Below are positions 26,801 through 44,352 of a stretch of DNA of 64,000 bases, piece after piece (positions within the stretch are counted from its first letter, which is position 1; every line of letters begins with the position of its first letter). A program made the position numbers and the translations under genes. This DNA comes from the human T2T-CHM13v2.0 reference genome, Homo sapiens, in NCBI RefSeq assembly GCF_009914755.1, contig NC_060928.1; one strand, 5' to 3'. Under the pieces are notes generated by a model. It ran no database searches and was not told the origin of the DNA. It worked only from the letters and a program-made list of their open reading frames with translations.

Positions 26801-29800
26801 TGTACTTTGATATATTATGTACAGTATATAATATATAGTTTGGGTTGTTTGATATTTTATGTACAGTATATAATATATAGTTTGGGTAGTTTGATATTTT
26901 AAGTAGAGTTTGTAATATATACTTTGTGTAATTTAATATTTTATGTACAGTATACAGTATATAGTATTGGTACTTTGATATTTCATGTAAAGTATATAGT
27001 TTGAGTACTTTGATATTTTATATAGAGTTTATTATAAAAGATTGGGTACCTTCATATTTTATGTACAGTATATAATACATACTTTGGGAACTTTTATTTT
27101 ATGTGCAGTATATAATACATACTTTGGGTACTTTGATATTTTATGTGCAGTATATAATACACACTTTGGGTACTTTGATATTTTATGTACAGTATATAAT
27201 ACACACTTTGGGTACTTTGATATTTTATGTACAGTATATAATACATACTTTGGGTACTTTGATGTATTATGTACAGTATATAGTACATACTTTGGGTACT
27301 TTGATATTTTATGTACAGTATATAATACATACTTGGGTACTTTGATATTTTTTGTACAGTATATAATACATACTTTGGGTACTTTAATATTTTATGTATA
27401 GTATATAATACATACTTTGTGTAGTTTGATATTTTATGCACAGTATACAATATATAGTTTGAGTACTTTGATATTTTATGTCCAGTATAAAATATATAGT
27501 TTTCGTAATTGATATTTTATGTACAGAATATAGTTTGAGTACTTTGATATTTAATGTACACTTTATTATAAATGTTTGGGTACTTTCATATTTTATGTAC
27601 AGTATATAATACATACTTTGGTCTCTTTGATGTTTTATGTACAGTATATAATACATACTTTGGTTTCTTTGATATTTTATGTGCAGAATATAATGCATAG
27701 TTTTAGGTACTTTTATATTTTATGTACAGTATATAATACATACTTTGGGTACTTTGATATTTTATGTACAGTATACAATACATACTTTGGGAACTTTGAT
27801 TTTTTATGTACAGTATGTAATACATACTTTGGGTACTTTGATATTTTATGTACAGTATATAATACATACTTTGGGTACTTTGATATATTATGTACAGTAT
27901 ATAATACATACTTTGGGTACTTTGGTATATTATGTACAGTATATAATACACACTTAGGGTACTTTGACATATTATGTACAGTATATAATACATACTTAGG
28001 GTACTTTGACATTTTATGTACAGTACATAATACATACTTTGGGTACTTTGATATTCTATGTACAGTATATAATACATAATTTGGGTACTTTGATATTTTA
28101 TGTACAGTATATAATACATATTTTGGGTACTTTTATATTTTATGTACAGTATATAATATATAGTTTGGGTACTTTGATATTTTATGTACGGTATATAATA
28201 CATACTTTGGGTACTTTGATATTTTATGTACAGTATATAATAGATACTTTGGGTACTTTGATATTTTATGTACAGTATATAATACATACTTTGGGTACTT
28301 TGATATTTAATGTACAGTATATAATACACACTTTGCGTACTTTGATATTTTATGTAAAGTATGTAATACATACTTTGGGTACTTTGATATTTTATGTACA
28401 GTATATAATATGTAGTTTGGGTACTTTGATATTTTAACTACAGTATATAATACATACTTTGGGTACTTTGATATTTTATCTACAGTATATAATAGATACT
28501 TTGGGTACTTTGATATATTATGTACAGTATATAATACATAGTTTGGTTACTTTGATATTTTTTGTACAGTATGTAAAACATACTTTGGGGAGTTTGATAT
28601 TTTATGAACAGTATATAATACACATTTTGGGTACTTTGATATTTTATGTACGGTATATAAAACATACTTTGGGTACCTTGATATTTTATGTACAGTATAT
28701 AATTCATACTTTGGGTACTTTGATATTTTATGTACAGTATATAATACATACATTGGGTACTTCGATATTTTATGTGCAGTACCCTATATATAGTTCGGGT
28801 ACTTTGATATTTTATGTCCAGTATAAAATAAATAGTTTTGGTACTTTGATATTTTATGTACAGTATATAGTTTGATTACTTTGATATTTAATGTTCAGTT
28901 TATTATAAATGTTTGGGTGCTTTCATATTTTATATACAGTATATAATACATTCTTTGGGCACTTTGATATTTTCTGTACAGTATATAATACATACTTTGG
29001 GTACTTTGATATTTTATGTACGGTATATAATACATACATTGGGTACTTTGATATGTTATGTACAGTATATAATATATAGTTTGGTTACTTTGATATTTTA
29101 TATACAGTATATAATATATATTATGTGTACTTTGATATATTATGTACAGTATAAAATATATAGTATGGGTTGTTTGATATTTTATGTACAGTATCTAATA
29201 TATAGTTGGGTAGTTTGATATTTTTAGTACAGTATGTAATATATAGTTTGTTTTATTTGATATTTTATGTACAGTATACAATATATAGTATTGGTATTTT
29301 GATATTTCATGTAAAGTATATAGTTTGAGTACTTTGATATTTTATATGCAGTTTATTACAAATGTTTGGGTACCTTCATATTTTATGTACAGTATATAAT
29401 ACATACTTTGGGAACTTTTATTTTATGTGCAGTAAATAATACATACTTTGGGTACTTTGATATTTCAAGTACAGTATATAATACACACTTTGGGTACTTT
29501 GATATTTTATGTACAGTATATAATACACACTTTGGGTACTTTGATATTTTATGTACACTATATAATACATACTTTGGGTACTTTGATGTATTATGTACAG
29601 TATATAATACATACTTTGGGTACTTTGATATTTTATGTACAGTATATAATACATACTTTGGGTACTTTGATATTTTATGTACAGTATGTAATACATAATT
29701 TGGGTACTTTGATATTTTATGGACAGTGTATAATACATACTTTGGGTACTTTGATATTTTATGTACAGTATATAACATATAGTTTGGGTACTTTGATATT

Positions 29801-32800
29801 TTATATACAGTATATAATACATACTTTGGGTACTTTGATATTTTATGTACAGTATATAATACATACTTTGGGTACTTTGATATTTCATGCACAGTATACA
29901 ATATATAGTTTGAGTACTTTGATATTTTATGTACTGTATAAAATATATAGTTTTGGTACTTTGATATTTTATGTACAGTATATAGTTTGAGTACTTTGAT
30001 ATTTTATGTACAGTTTGTTATAAATGTTTGGGTGCTTTCATATTTTATGTACAGTATATAATACATACTTTGGGCACTTTGATATCTTATGTACAGTATA
30101 TAATACATACTTTGGGTTCTCTGATATTTTCTGTACAGTGTATAATACATAATTTGGGTACTTTGATATTTTATGTACAGCATATAATACATACGTTGGG
30201 TACTTTGATATATTATGTACAGTATGTAATACATACTTTGGGTACTTTGATATTTTATGTACAGTATATAATCCATAGTTTGTGTACTTTTATATTTTAT
30301 GTACAGTATATAATACATACTTTGGGTACTTTGATATTTTATGTACAGTATATAATACATACTTTGGGTACTTTCATGTTTTATGTACAGTATATAATAT
30401 ATAGTTTGGGTACTTTGATATTTTATCTACAGCTTATAATACTTACTTTGGGTAATTTGATATTTTATGTACAGTATATAATACATACTTTGGGTAGTTT
30501 GATATTTTATGTACAGTATACAATATATAGTTTGAGTACTTTGATATTTTATGTGCAGTATAAAATATACAGTGTTGGTACTTTGATGTTTTATGTACAG
30601 TATATATTTTGAGTACTTTGATATTTTGTGTACAGTTTATTATAAATGTTTGGGTACTTTCATATTTGATGTACAGTATATAATACATAATTTGGGCACT
30701 TTGATATTTTATGTACAGTATATAATACATACTTTGGGTACTTTTATATTTTATGTACAGTATATAATACATACTCTGGGCACTTTGATATTTAATGTAC
30801 AGTTTATAATACACACTTTGCGTACTTTGATATTTTATGTAACGTATGTAATACATACTTTGGGTAGTTTGATATTTTATGTACAGTATGTAGTACACAC
30901 TTTGGGTACTTTGATATTTTATGTACAGTATGTAAAACATACTTTGGGTAGTTTGATATTTTATGATCAGTATATAATACACATTTTGGGTACCTTGATA
31001 TTTTATGTACAGTATATAATACATATTTCGGGTACTTTGATATTTTATGTACAGTATATAATGCATACTTTAGGTACTTTGATAGTTTATGTACAGTATA
31101 TAATATATACTTTGGGTACTTTGATATTTTATGTACAGTATATAATACATAGTTTTGGTACTTTGATATTTTGTGTACAGTATATAATACATACTTTCGG
31201 TATTTTGATATTTTATCTACAGTGTATAATATATACTTTGGGTACTTTGATATATTATGTACAGTATATAATACATACTTTGGGTACTTTGATATTTTAT
31301 GTACAGTATATAATATATACTTTGGGTACTTTGATATTTTATGTACAGTATATAATACATACTTTCGGTACTTTGATATTTTATGTACAGTATATAATAT
31401 ATAGTTTGGGTACTTTGATATTTTATGTACAGTATATAATACATACTTTGGGTACTTTGATATTTTATGTACAGTATATAATACATACTTTGGGTACTTT
31501 GATATTTTATGTACAGTATATAATATATAGTTTGGGTACTTTGATAATTTATGTACAGTGTATAACACATACTTTGGGTACTTTGATATTTTATGTACAG
31601 TATATAATACATACTTTGGGTACTTTCATATTTCATGTACAGTTTATAATATATAGTTTGGGTACTTTGGTATATTATGTACTGTATATAATACATACTT
31701 TGGGTACTTTGATATTTTATGTACAGTATATAATACATACTTTGGGTACTTTGATATTTTATGTACAGTATACAATATATACTTTGACTACTTTGATATT
31801 TTATGTCCAGTATAGAATATATAGTTTTGGTAGTTTGATATTTTATGTACAGTATATAGTTTGAGTACATTGATATTTTATGTACACTTTATTATAAAGG
31901 TTTGGATACTTTCATATTTTATGTACAGTATATAATACATACTTTGGGCACTTTGATATTTTATGTACAGTATACAATACATACTTTGGGTACTTTGATA
32001 TTTTATGTACAGTATATAATACATAATTTGGGGACTTTGATATTTTATGTACAGTATATAATGCATACTTTGGGTACTTTGATGTTTTATGTACAGTATA
32101 TAATACATACTTAGGGTACTTTGACATTTTATGTGCAGTACATAATACATACTTTGGATACTTTGTTATTTTAAATACAGTATGTAATATATATTTTGGG
32201 TACTTTGATATTTTATGTACAGTATATAATACATACTTTGGTACTTTTATATTTCATGTACAGTATATAATATATAGTTTGGGTACTTTGATATTTTATG
32301 TACAGTATATAATACATAGTTTGTGTATTTTGATATTTTATGTACAGTATATAATACATACTTTGGGTACTTTGATATTTTATGTACAGTATATAATATA
32401 TAGTTTGGGTACTTTGATATTTTATGTGCAGTATATAACACATACTTTCGGTAGTTGGATATTTTATGTACAGTATATAATACATACTTTGGGTACTTCG
32501 ATATTTGATGTACAGTATACTATATATAGTTTGGGTACTTTGATATTTTATGTCGGGTATAAAATAAATAGTTTTGGTACTTAGATATTTTATGTACAGT
32601 ATATAGTTTGAGTACTTTGATATTTTATGTACAGTTTTTTATAAATGGGTGCTTTCATATTTTATGTACAGTATATAATACATACTATGGGCACTTTGAT
32701 ATTTTATGTACAGTATATAATACATACTTTGGGTACTTTGATATTTTATGTACACTACATAATACATACTTTGGGTACTTTGATATTTTATGTACAGTAC

Positions 32801-35800
32801 ATAATATATAGTTTGGGTACTTTGATATTTTATGTGCAGTATATAACACATACTTTCGGTACTTGGATATTTTATGTACAGTATATAATAAATAATTTGG
32901 GTACTTCCATATTTTATGTACAGTATGCTATATATAGTTTGGGTACTTTGATATTTTCTGTCCAGTATAAAATAAAAAGTTTTGGTAATTCGATATTTTA
33001 TGTACAGTGTATCGTATGAGTACTTTGATATTTAATGTACAGTTTATTATAAATGTTCGGGTGCTTTCATATTTTATGTACAGTATATAATACATTCTTT
33101 GAGCACTTTGATATTTTATGTACAGTATGTAATACATACTTTGGGTAATTTGATATTTTATGTACAGTATATAATACATACATTGGGTACTTTGATATTT
33201 TATGTAGAGTATATAATATATTTAGGGTACTTTGATATTTTATATACAGTATATAATATATATTATGTGTACTTTGATATATTATGTACAGTATATAATA
33301 TATAGTTTGGGTAATTTGATATTTTATGTACAGTATAGAATATATAGTATTGGTATTTTGATATTTCATGTAAAGTATATAGTTTGAGTACTTTGATATT
33401 TTATATACAGTTTATTATAAATGTTTGGGTACCTTCCTATTTTATGTAGAGTATATAATACATACTTTGGGAACTTTTATTTTATGTGCAGTATATAATA
33501 CATACTTTGGGTACTTTGATATTTTATGTACAGTATATAATACATACTATTGGTACTTTGATATTTTATGTACAGTATACAATATATAGTTTGAGTAATT
33601 TGATATTTTATGTCCAGTATAAAATATATAGATTTCATACTTTGATATTTTATGTACTGAATGTAGTTTGAGTACTTTGATATTTTATGTACACTTTATT
33701 ATAAAAGTTTGGGTACTTTCATATTTTACGTACAGTATATAATACATACTTTGGGCACTTTGATGTTTTATGTACAGTATATAATACATACTTTGGGTTC
33801 TTTGATATTTTATGTACAGCATATAATACATAATTTGGGGACTTTTATATTTTATGTACATTATATTATACATACTTTGGGTACTTTTATATTTTATGTA
33901 CGGTATATAATACACACTTTGGGTACTTTTATATATTATGTACAGTATATAATACATACTTTGGGTACTTTGATATATTATGTACAGTATATAATACATA
34001 CTAAGGGGACTTTGACATTTTATGTACAGTACATAATACATACTTTGGGTACTATGATATTTTATGTACAGTATATAATGCATACTTTGGATACTTTGAT
34101 ATTTTATGTACAGTATATACTACATACTTTGGGTACTTTTATATTTTATGTACAGTATATAATATATAGTTTGGGTACTTTGATATTTTATGTACGGTAT
34201 ATAATACATACTTTGGGTACTTTGATATTTTATGTACAGTATATAATACATACTTTGGGTACTCTGATATTTTATGTACAGTATACAATATATAGTTTGA
34301 GTACTTTGCTATTTTATGTACTGTATAAAATATATAGTTTTCGTACTTTGATATTTTATGTACAGTATATAGTTTGAGTACTTTGATATTTTATGTACAG
34401 TTTTTTATAAATGTTTGGGTGCTTTCATAATTTATGTACAGTATATAATACATACAAAGGGCACTTTGATATTTTATGTACAGTATATAATACATACTTT
34501 GGGTACTCTGATATTTTATGTACAGTGTATAATACATACTTTGGGTACTTTGATATTTTATGTACAATATATAATACATACGTTGGGTACTTTGATATTT
34601 TATGTACAGTGTATAATACATACATTGGGTACTTCGATATTTTATGTGCAGTACCCTATATATAGTTTGGGTATTTTGATATTTTATGTCCAGTATAAAA
34701 TAAATAGTTTTGTTACTTTGATATTTTATGTACAGTATATAATACATACTTTGGGTACTTTGATATTTTATGTACAGTATATAATACATACTTTGGGAAC
34801 TTTGATATTTTATTTACAGTAGGTAAAACATACTTTGGGTACTTTGATATTTTATGTACAGTATATAATACATACTTTGGGTACTTTGATATTTTATGTA
34901 CAGTATACAATATATAGTTTGAGTACTTTGATATTTTATGTGCAGTATAAAATATATAGTTTTGGTACTTTCATATTTTATGTACAGTATATAGTTTGAG
35001 TACTTTGATATTTTATGTACAGTTTTTTATAAATGTTTTTGTGCTTTCATATTTTATGTACAGTATATAATACATACTAAGGGCACTTTGATATTTTATG
35101 TACAGTATATAATACATACTTTGGGTACTTTGATATTTTATGTACGTCCTATAATATATAGTTTGGGTACTTTGATATTTTATGTACAGTATATAATACA
35201 TACCTTGGGTACTTTGATATTTTATGTACAGTATATAATATATAGTTTGGGTATTTTGATATTTTATGTACAGTATATAATACATACTTTGGGTATTTTG
35301 ATATTTTATGTACAGTATATAATACATACTTTGGGAACTTTGATATTTTATGTACAGTATGTAAAACATACTTTGGGTACTTTGATATTTTATGTACAGG
35401 ATATAATGCATACTTTGGGTACTTTGATAGTTTATGTACAGTATATAATACATACTTTGGGTACTTTGATATTTTATGTATAGTATAAAATATATAGTTT
35501 GGGTACTTTGATATTTTATGTACAGTATGTAAAAGATACTTTGGGGAGTTTGATATTTTATGTACAGTATGTAAAACATACTTTGGGGAGTTTGATATTT
35601 TATGAACAGTATATAATACACATTTTGTGTACTTTGATATTTTATGTACAGTATATAATACATACTTTGGGTACTTTGATATTTTATGTACAGTATAGAT
35701 TACATACTTTGGGTACTTTGATATTTTATGTACAGTATACAATATATAGTTTGAGTACTTTGATGTTTTATGTACTGTATAAAATATATAGTTTTGGTAC

Positions 35801-38800
35801 TTTGATATTTTATGTACAGTATATAGTTTGAGTACTTTGATATTTTATGTACAGTTTGTTATAAAGATTTTGGTGCTTTCATATTTTATGTACTGTATAT
35901 AATACATGCTTTGGGCACTTTGATATTTTATGTACAGTATATAATACATACTTTTGGTACTCTGATATTTTATGTACAGTATATAATACATACATTGGGT
36001 AATTTGATATATTATGTACAGTATATAATACTTACTTGGGGTACTTTGATATTTTATGTACAGTATATAATACATAGTTTGTGTACTTTGATATTTTATG
36101 TACAGTATATAATACATACTTTGGGTACTTTGATATTTTATGTACAGTATATAATACATACTTTGGGTATCTTGATATTTTATGTACAGTATATAATGCA
36201 TACTTTGCGTACTTTGATATTTTATGTACAGTATATAATGCATACTTTGGGTACTTTGATATTTTATGTACAGTATGTAATACATACTTTGGGTACTTTG
36301 ATATTTTATGTATAGTATATAATACATACTTTGTGTAGTTTGATATTTTATGTACAGTATACAATATATAGTTTGAGTACTTTGTTATTTTATGTGCAGT
36401 ATAAAATATATAGTTTTCGTAATTGATATTTTATGTACAGAATATAGTTTGAGTACTTTGATATTTTATGTACACTTTCTTATAAATGTTTGGGTACTTT
36501 CATATTTTATGTACAGTATATAATACATACTTTGGTCTCTTTGATGTTTTATGTACAGTATATAATACATACTTTGGGTTCTTTGATATTTTATGTACAG
36601 AATATAATGCATAGTTTTAGGTACTTATATATTTTATGTACAGTATATAATACATACTTTGGGTACTTTGATATTTTATGTACAGTATATAATACATACT
36701 TTGGGAACTTTGATATTTTACGTACAGTATGTAATACATACTTTGGGTACTTTGATATTTTATGTACAGTATATAATACATACTATTGGTACTTTGATAT
36801 TTTATGTACAGTATACAATATATAGTTTGAGTACTTTGATATTTTATGTCCAGTATAAAATATATAGATTTCATACTTTGATATTTTATGTACTGAATGT
36901 AGTTTGAGTACTTTGATATTTTATGTGCACTTTATTATAAAGGTTTGGGTACTTTCATATTTTACGTACAGTATATAATTCATACTTTGGGCACTTTGAT
37001 GTTTTATGTACAGTATATAATACATACTTTAGGTTCTTTTATATTTTATGTACAGCATATAATACAAAATTTGGGGACTTTTATATTTTATGTACATTAT
37101 ATAATACATACTTTGGGTACTTTTATATTTTATGTACGGTATATAATACATTCTTTGGGTATTTTGATATATTATGTACAGTATATAATACATACTTTGG
37201 GTAATTTGATATATTATGTACAGTATATAATACATACTTAGGGTACTTTGACATTTTATGTACAGTATATAATACATACTTTGGGTACTTTGATATTTTA
37301 TGAACAGTATATAATACATACTTTGGGTACTTTGATATTTTATGTACTGTATATAATACATACTTTGGGTACTTTTATATTTTATGTACAGTATATAATA
37401 TATAGTTTGGGTACTTTGATATTTTATGTACGGTATATAATACATACTTTGGGTACTTTAATATTTTATGTATAGTATATAATACATACTTTGGGTACTT
37501 TGATATTGTATGTACAGTATACAATATATAGTTTGAGTACTTTGATATTTTATGTACTGTATAAAATATATAGTTTTGGTACTTTGATATTTTATGTATA
37601 GTATATAGTTTGAGTACTTTGATATTTTATGTACAGTTTTTTATAAATATTTGGGTGCTTTCATATTTTATGTACAGTATATAATACATACTAAGCGCAC
37701 TTTGATATTTCATGTACAGTATATAATACATACTTTGGTTACTCTGATATTTTATGTACAGTGTATAATACATACTTTGGGTACTTTGATATTTTATGTA
37801 CAATATATAATACATACGTTGGGAACTTTGATATATTATGTACAGTATATAATTCATACTTTGGGTACTTTGATATTTTATGTACAGTATATAATACATA
37901 GTTTGTGTACTTTGATATTTTATGTACAGTATATAATACATTCTTTGGGTACTTTGATATTTTATATACAGTATATAATACATACTTTGGGTACTTTCAT
38001 ATTTTATGTACAGTATATAATATATAGTTTGGGTATTTTGATATTTTATCTACAGCTTATAATACATACTTTGGGTACTTTGATATTTTATGTACAGTAT
38101 ATAATACATACTTTGGGTAGTTTGATATTTTATGTACAGTATACAATATATAGTTTGAGTACTTTGATATTTTATGTGCAGTATAAAATATATAGTTTTG
38201 GTACTTTGATATTTTATGTACAGTTTATAGTTTGAGTACTTTGATATTTTATGTACAGTTTATTATAAATGTTTGGGTACTTTCATATTTGATGTACAGT
38301 ATATAATACATAATTTGGGCACTTTGATATTTTATGTACAGTATATAATACATACTTTGGGTACTTTGATATTTTATGTACAGTATATAATACATACTTT
38401 TGGTACTTTGATATTTAATGTACAGTATATAATACACACTTTGCGTACTTTGATATTTTATGTAAAGCATGTAATACATACTTTGGGCAGTTTGATATTT
38501 TATGTACAGTATGTAATACACACTTTGGGTACTTTGATATTTTATGTACAGTATGTAAAACATACTTTGGGTAGTTTGATATATTATGTACACTATATAA
38601 TACATACTTTGGGTACTCTGATATTTTATGTACAGTGTATAATACATACTTTGGGTACTTTGATATTTTATGTACAGTATATAATACATACATTGGGTAC
38701 TTTGATATATTATGTACAGTATATAATACTTACTTGGGGTACTTTGATATTTTATGTACAGTATATAATACATACTTTGTGTACTTTGATATTTTATGTA

Positions 38801-41800
38801 CAGTATATAATACATAATTTGGGAACTTTGATATTTTATGTACAGTATATAATACATACTTTGGGTATCTTGATATTTTATGTACAGTATATAATGCATA
38901 CTTTGGGTACTTTGATATTTTATGTACAGTATATAATGCATAGTTTGAGTACTTTGATATTTTATGTACAGTATGTAATACATACTTTGGGTACTTTGAT
39001 ATTTTATGTATAGTATATAATACATACTTTGTGTAGTTTGATATTTTATGTACAGTATACAATATATAGTTTGAGTACTTTGATATTTTATGTCCAGTAT
39101 AAAATATATAGTTTTCGTAATTGATATTTTATGTACAGAATATAGTTTGAGTACTTTGATATTTTATGTACACTTTATTATAAATGTTTGGGTACTTTCA
39201 TATTTTATGTACAGTATATAATACATACTTTGGTCTCTTTGATGTTTTATGTACAGTATATAATACATACTTTGGGTTCTTTGATATTTTATGTGCAGAA
39301 TATAATGCAGAGTTTTAGGTACTTTTATATTTTATGTACAGTATATAATACATACTTTGGGTACTTTGATATTTTATGTACAGTATATAATACATACTTT
39401 GGGTACTTTGATATTTTATGTACAGTATATAATACATATTATTGGTACTTTGATATTTTATGTACGGTATACAATATATAGTTTGAGTACTTTGATATTT
39501 TATGTCCAGTATAAAATACATAGATTTCATACTTTGATATTTTATGTACAGAATATAGTTTGAGTACTTTGATATTTTATGTACACTTTATCATAAAAGT
39601 TTGGGTACTTTCATATTTTACGTACAGTATATAATACATACTTTGGGCACTTTGATGTTTTATGTACAGTATATAATACATACTTTGGGTTCTTTGATAT
39701 GTTATGTACAGCATATAGTACATAATTTGGGGACTTTTATATTTTATGTACATTATATAATACATACTTTGGGTACTTTTATATTTTATGTACGGTATAT
39801 AATACATACTTTGGGTACTTTGATATATTATGTACAGTATATAATACATACTTTGGGTACTTTGATATATTATGTACAGTATATAATACATACTTAGGGT
39901 ACTTTGACATTTTATGTACAGTACATAATACATACTTTGGGTACTTTGATATTTTATGTACAGTATATAATACATACTTTGGGTACTTTGATATTTTATG
40001 TACGGTATATAATACATACTTTGGGTACTTTGATATTTTATGTACAGTATATAATACATACTTTGGGTACTTTGATATTTTATGTAGAGTATATAATACA
40101 TACTTTGGGTACTTTGATATTTAATGTACAGTATATAATACACACTTTGCGTACTTTGATATTTTATGTAAAGTATGTAATACATACTTTGGGTACTTTG
40201 ATATTTTATGTACAGTATGTAATACACGCTTTGGGTACTTTGATATTTTATGTAGAGTATGTAAAACATATTTTGGGTAGTTTGGTATTTTATGATCAGT
40301 ATATAATACATATTTTGGGTACTTTGATATTTTATGTACAGTATATAATACATACTTTGGGTACTTTGATATTTTATGTACAGTATATAATGCATAATTT
40401 GGGTACTTCAATAGTTTATGCACAGTATATAATACATACTTTGGGTAATTTGATATTTTATGTACAGTATATAATGCATACTTTGGGTACTTTGATAGTT
40501 TATGTACAGTATACAATACATACTTTGGGTACTTTGATATTTTATGTACAGTATATAATATGTAGTTTGGGTACTTTGATATTTTAACTACAGTATATAA
40601 TACATACTTTGGGTACTTTGATATTTTATCTACAGTATATAATAGATACTTTGGGTACTTTGATATATTATGTACAGTATATAATACATAGTTTGGTTAC
40701 TTTGATATTTTTTGTACAGTATGTAAAACATACTTTGGGGAGTTTGATATTTTATGAACAGTATATAATACACATTTTGGGTACTTTGATATTTTATGTA
40801 CGGTATATAATACATACTTTGGGTACTTTGACATTTTATGTACAGTATATAATTCATACTTTGGGTACTTTGATATTTTATGTACAGTATATAATACATA
40901 CATTGGGTACTTTGATATTTTATGTGCAGTACCCTATATATAGTTTGGGTACTTTGATATTTTATGTCCAGTATAAAATAAATAGTTTTGGTACTTTGAT
41001 ATTTTATGTACAGTATATAGTTTGAGTACTTTGATATTTAATGTTCAGTTTATTATAAATGTTTGGGTGCTTTCATATTTTATATACAGTATATAATACA
41101 TACTTTGGGCACTTTGATATTTTCTGTACAGTATATAATACATACTTTGGGTACTTTGATATTTTATGTACAGTATATAATACATACATTGGGTACTTTG
41201 ATATTTTATGTACAGTATATAATATATAGTTTGGTTACTTAGATATTTTATATACACTATATAATATATATTATGTGTACTTTGATATATTATGTACAGT
41301 ATATAATATATAGTATGTGTTGTTTGGTATTTTATGTACAGTATATAATATATAGTTTGGGTAGTTTGAGATTTTTAGTACAGTATGTAATATATAGTTT
41401 GTTTTATTTGATATTTTATGTACAGTATACAATATATAGTATTGGTACTTTGATATTTCATGTAAAGTATATAGTTTGAGTACTTTGATATTTTATATGC
41501 AGTTTATTATAAATGTTTGGGTACCTTCATATTTTATGTACAGTATATAATACATACTTTGGGAACTTTTATTTTATGTGCAGTATTTAATACATACTTT
41601 GGGTACTTTGATATTTCATGTACAGTATATAATACACACTTTGGGTACTTTGATATTTTATGTACAGTATATAATACACACTTTGGGTACTTTGATATTT
41701 TATGTACAGTATATAATACATACTTTGGGTACTTTGATGTATTATGTACAGTATATAATACATACTTTGGGTACTTTGATATTTTATGTACAGTATATAA

Positions 41801-43769
41801 TACATACTTTGGGTACTTTGATATTTTATGTACAGTATGTAATACATAATTTGGGTACTTTAATATTTTATGTATAGTATATAATACTTACTTTGGGTAC
41901 TTTGATATTTTATGGACAGTGTATAATACATATTTTGGGTACTTTGATATTTTATGTACAGTATATAATATACAGTTTGGGTACTTTGATATTTTATATA
42001 CAGTATATAATACATACTTTGGGTACTTTGATATTTTATGTACAGTATATAATACATACTTTGGGTACTTTGATATTTCATGCACAGTATACAATATATA
42101 GTTTGAGTACTTTGATATTTTATGTACTGTATAAAATATATAGTTTTGGTACTTTGATATTTTATGTACAGTATATAGTTTGAGTACTTTGATATTTTAT
42201 GTACAGTTTTTTATAAATGTTTGGGTGCTTTCATATTTTATGTACAGTATATAATACATACTTTGGGCACTTTGATATCTTATGTACAGTATATAATACA
42301 TACTTTGGGTTCTCTGATATTTTCTGTACAGTGTATAATACACATTTTGGGTACTTTGATATTTTATGTACGGTATATAATACATACTTTGGGTACTTTG
42401 ATATATTATGTACAGTATATAATACATACTTTGGGTACTTTGATATTTTATGTACAGTATATAATCCATAGTTTGTGTACTTTTATATTTTATGTACAGT
42501 ATATAATACATACTTTGGGTACTTTCATGTTTTATGTACAGTATATAATATATAGTTTGGGTACTTTGATAATTTATCTACAGCTTATAATACTTACTTT
42601 GGGTAATTTGATATTTTATGTACAGTATATAATACATACTTTGGGTACTTTGATATTTTATGTACAGTATACAATATATACTTTGACTACTTTGATATTT
42701 TATGTCCAGTATAGAATATATAGTTTTGGTAGTTTGATATTTTATGTACAGTATATAGTTTGAGTACATTGATATTTTATGTACACTTTATTATAAATGT
42801 TTGGATACTTTCATATTTTATGTACAGTATATAATACATACTTTGGGCACTTTGATATTTTATGTACAGTATACAATACATACTTTGGGTACTTTGATAT
42901 TTTATGTACAGTATATAATACATAATTTGGCTACTTTGATATTTTATGTACAGTATATAATGCATACTTTGGGTACTTTGATGTTTTATGTACAGTATAT
43001 AATACATACTTAGGGTACTTTGACATTTTATGTGCAGTATATAATACATACTTTGGATACTTTGTTATTTTAAATACAGTATGTAATACATACTTTGGGT
43101 ACTTTGATATTTTATGTACAGTATATAATACATACTTTGGTACTTTTATATTTCATGTACAGTATATAATATATAGTTTGGGTACTTTGATATTTTATGT
43201 ACAGTATATAATACATAGTTTGGGTATTTTGATATTTTATGTACAGTATATAATACATAGTTTGGGTACTTTGATATTTTATGTACAGTATGTAATATAT
43301 AGTTTGGGTACTTTGATATTTTATGTGCAGTATATAACACATACTTTCGGTAGTTGGATATTTTATGTACAGTATATAATACATACTTTCGGTACTTCGA
43401 TATTTGATGTACAGTATACTATATATAGTTTGGGTACTTTGATATTTTATATACAGTTTATTATAAATGTTTGGGTACCTTCATATTTTATGTACAGTAT
43501 ATAATACATACTTTGGGAACTTTTATTTTATGTGCAGTATATAATACATACTTTGGGTACTTTGATATTTTATGTACAGTATATAATACACACTTTGGGT
43601 ACTTTGATATTTTATGTACAGTATATAATACACACTTTGGGTAGTTTGATATTTTATGTACAGTATATAATACATACTTTGGGTACTTTGATGTATTATG
43701 TACAGTATATAATACATACTTTGGGTACTTTGATATTTTATGTACAGTATATAATATATACTGTGGGTA

Positions 43770-44352
43770 CTTTGATATTTTATGTACAGTATGTAATACA
43801 TAATTTGGGTACTTTAATATTTTATGTATAGTATATAATACATACTTTGGGTACTTTGATATTTTATGTACAGTATATAATACATACATTGGGTAATTTC
43901 ATATTTCATGTACAGTATATAATATATAGTTTGGGTACTTTGGTATATTACGTACTGTATATAATACATACTTTGAGTACTTTGATATTTTATGTACAGT
44001 ATATAATACATACATTGGGTACTTTGATATTTTATGTACAGTATGTAATACATAATTTGGGTACTTTAATATTTTATGTATAGTATATAATACATACTTT
44101 GGGTACTTTGATATTTTATGTACAGTATATAATACATACATTGGGTACTTTCATATTTCATGTACAGTATATAATATATAGTTTGGGTACTTTGGTATAT
44201 TACGTACTGTATATAATACATACTTTGAGTACTTTGATATTTTATGTACAGTATATAATACATACATTGGGTACTTTGATATTTTATGTACAGTATGTAA
44301 TACATAATTTGGGTACTTTAATATTTTATGTATAGTATATAATACATACTTT
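43770..44352 (+). repeat. Local 252-bp (6-unit) tandem duplication, about 2.3 copies
   Basis: ORFs 43814/44066 and 43847/44099 are offset by 252. The rare variant TTGGTATATTACGTACTG occurs in both copies. CATAATTTGGGTACTTTAAT occurs three times at 252-bp spacing. Confidence 0.88.
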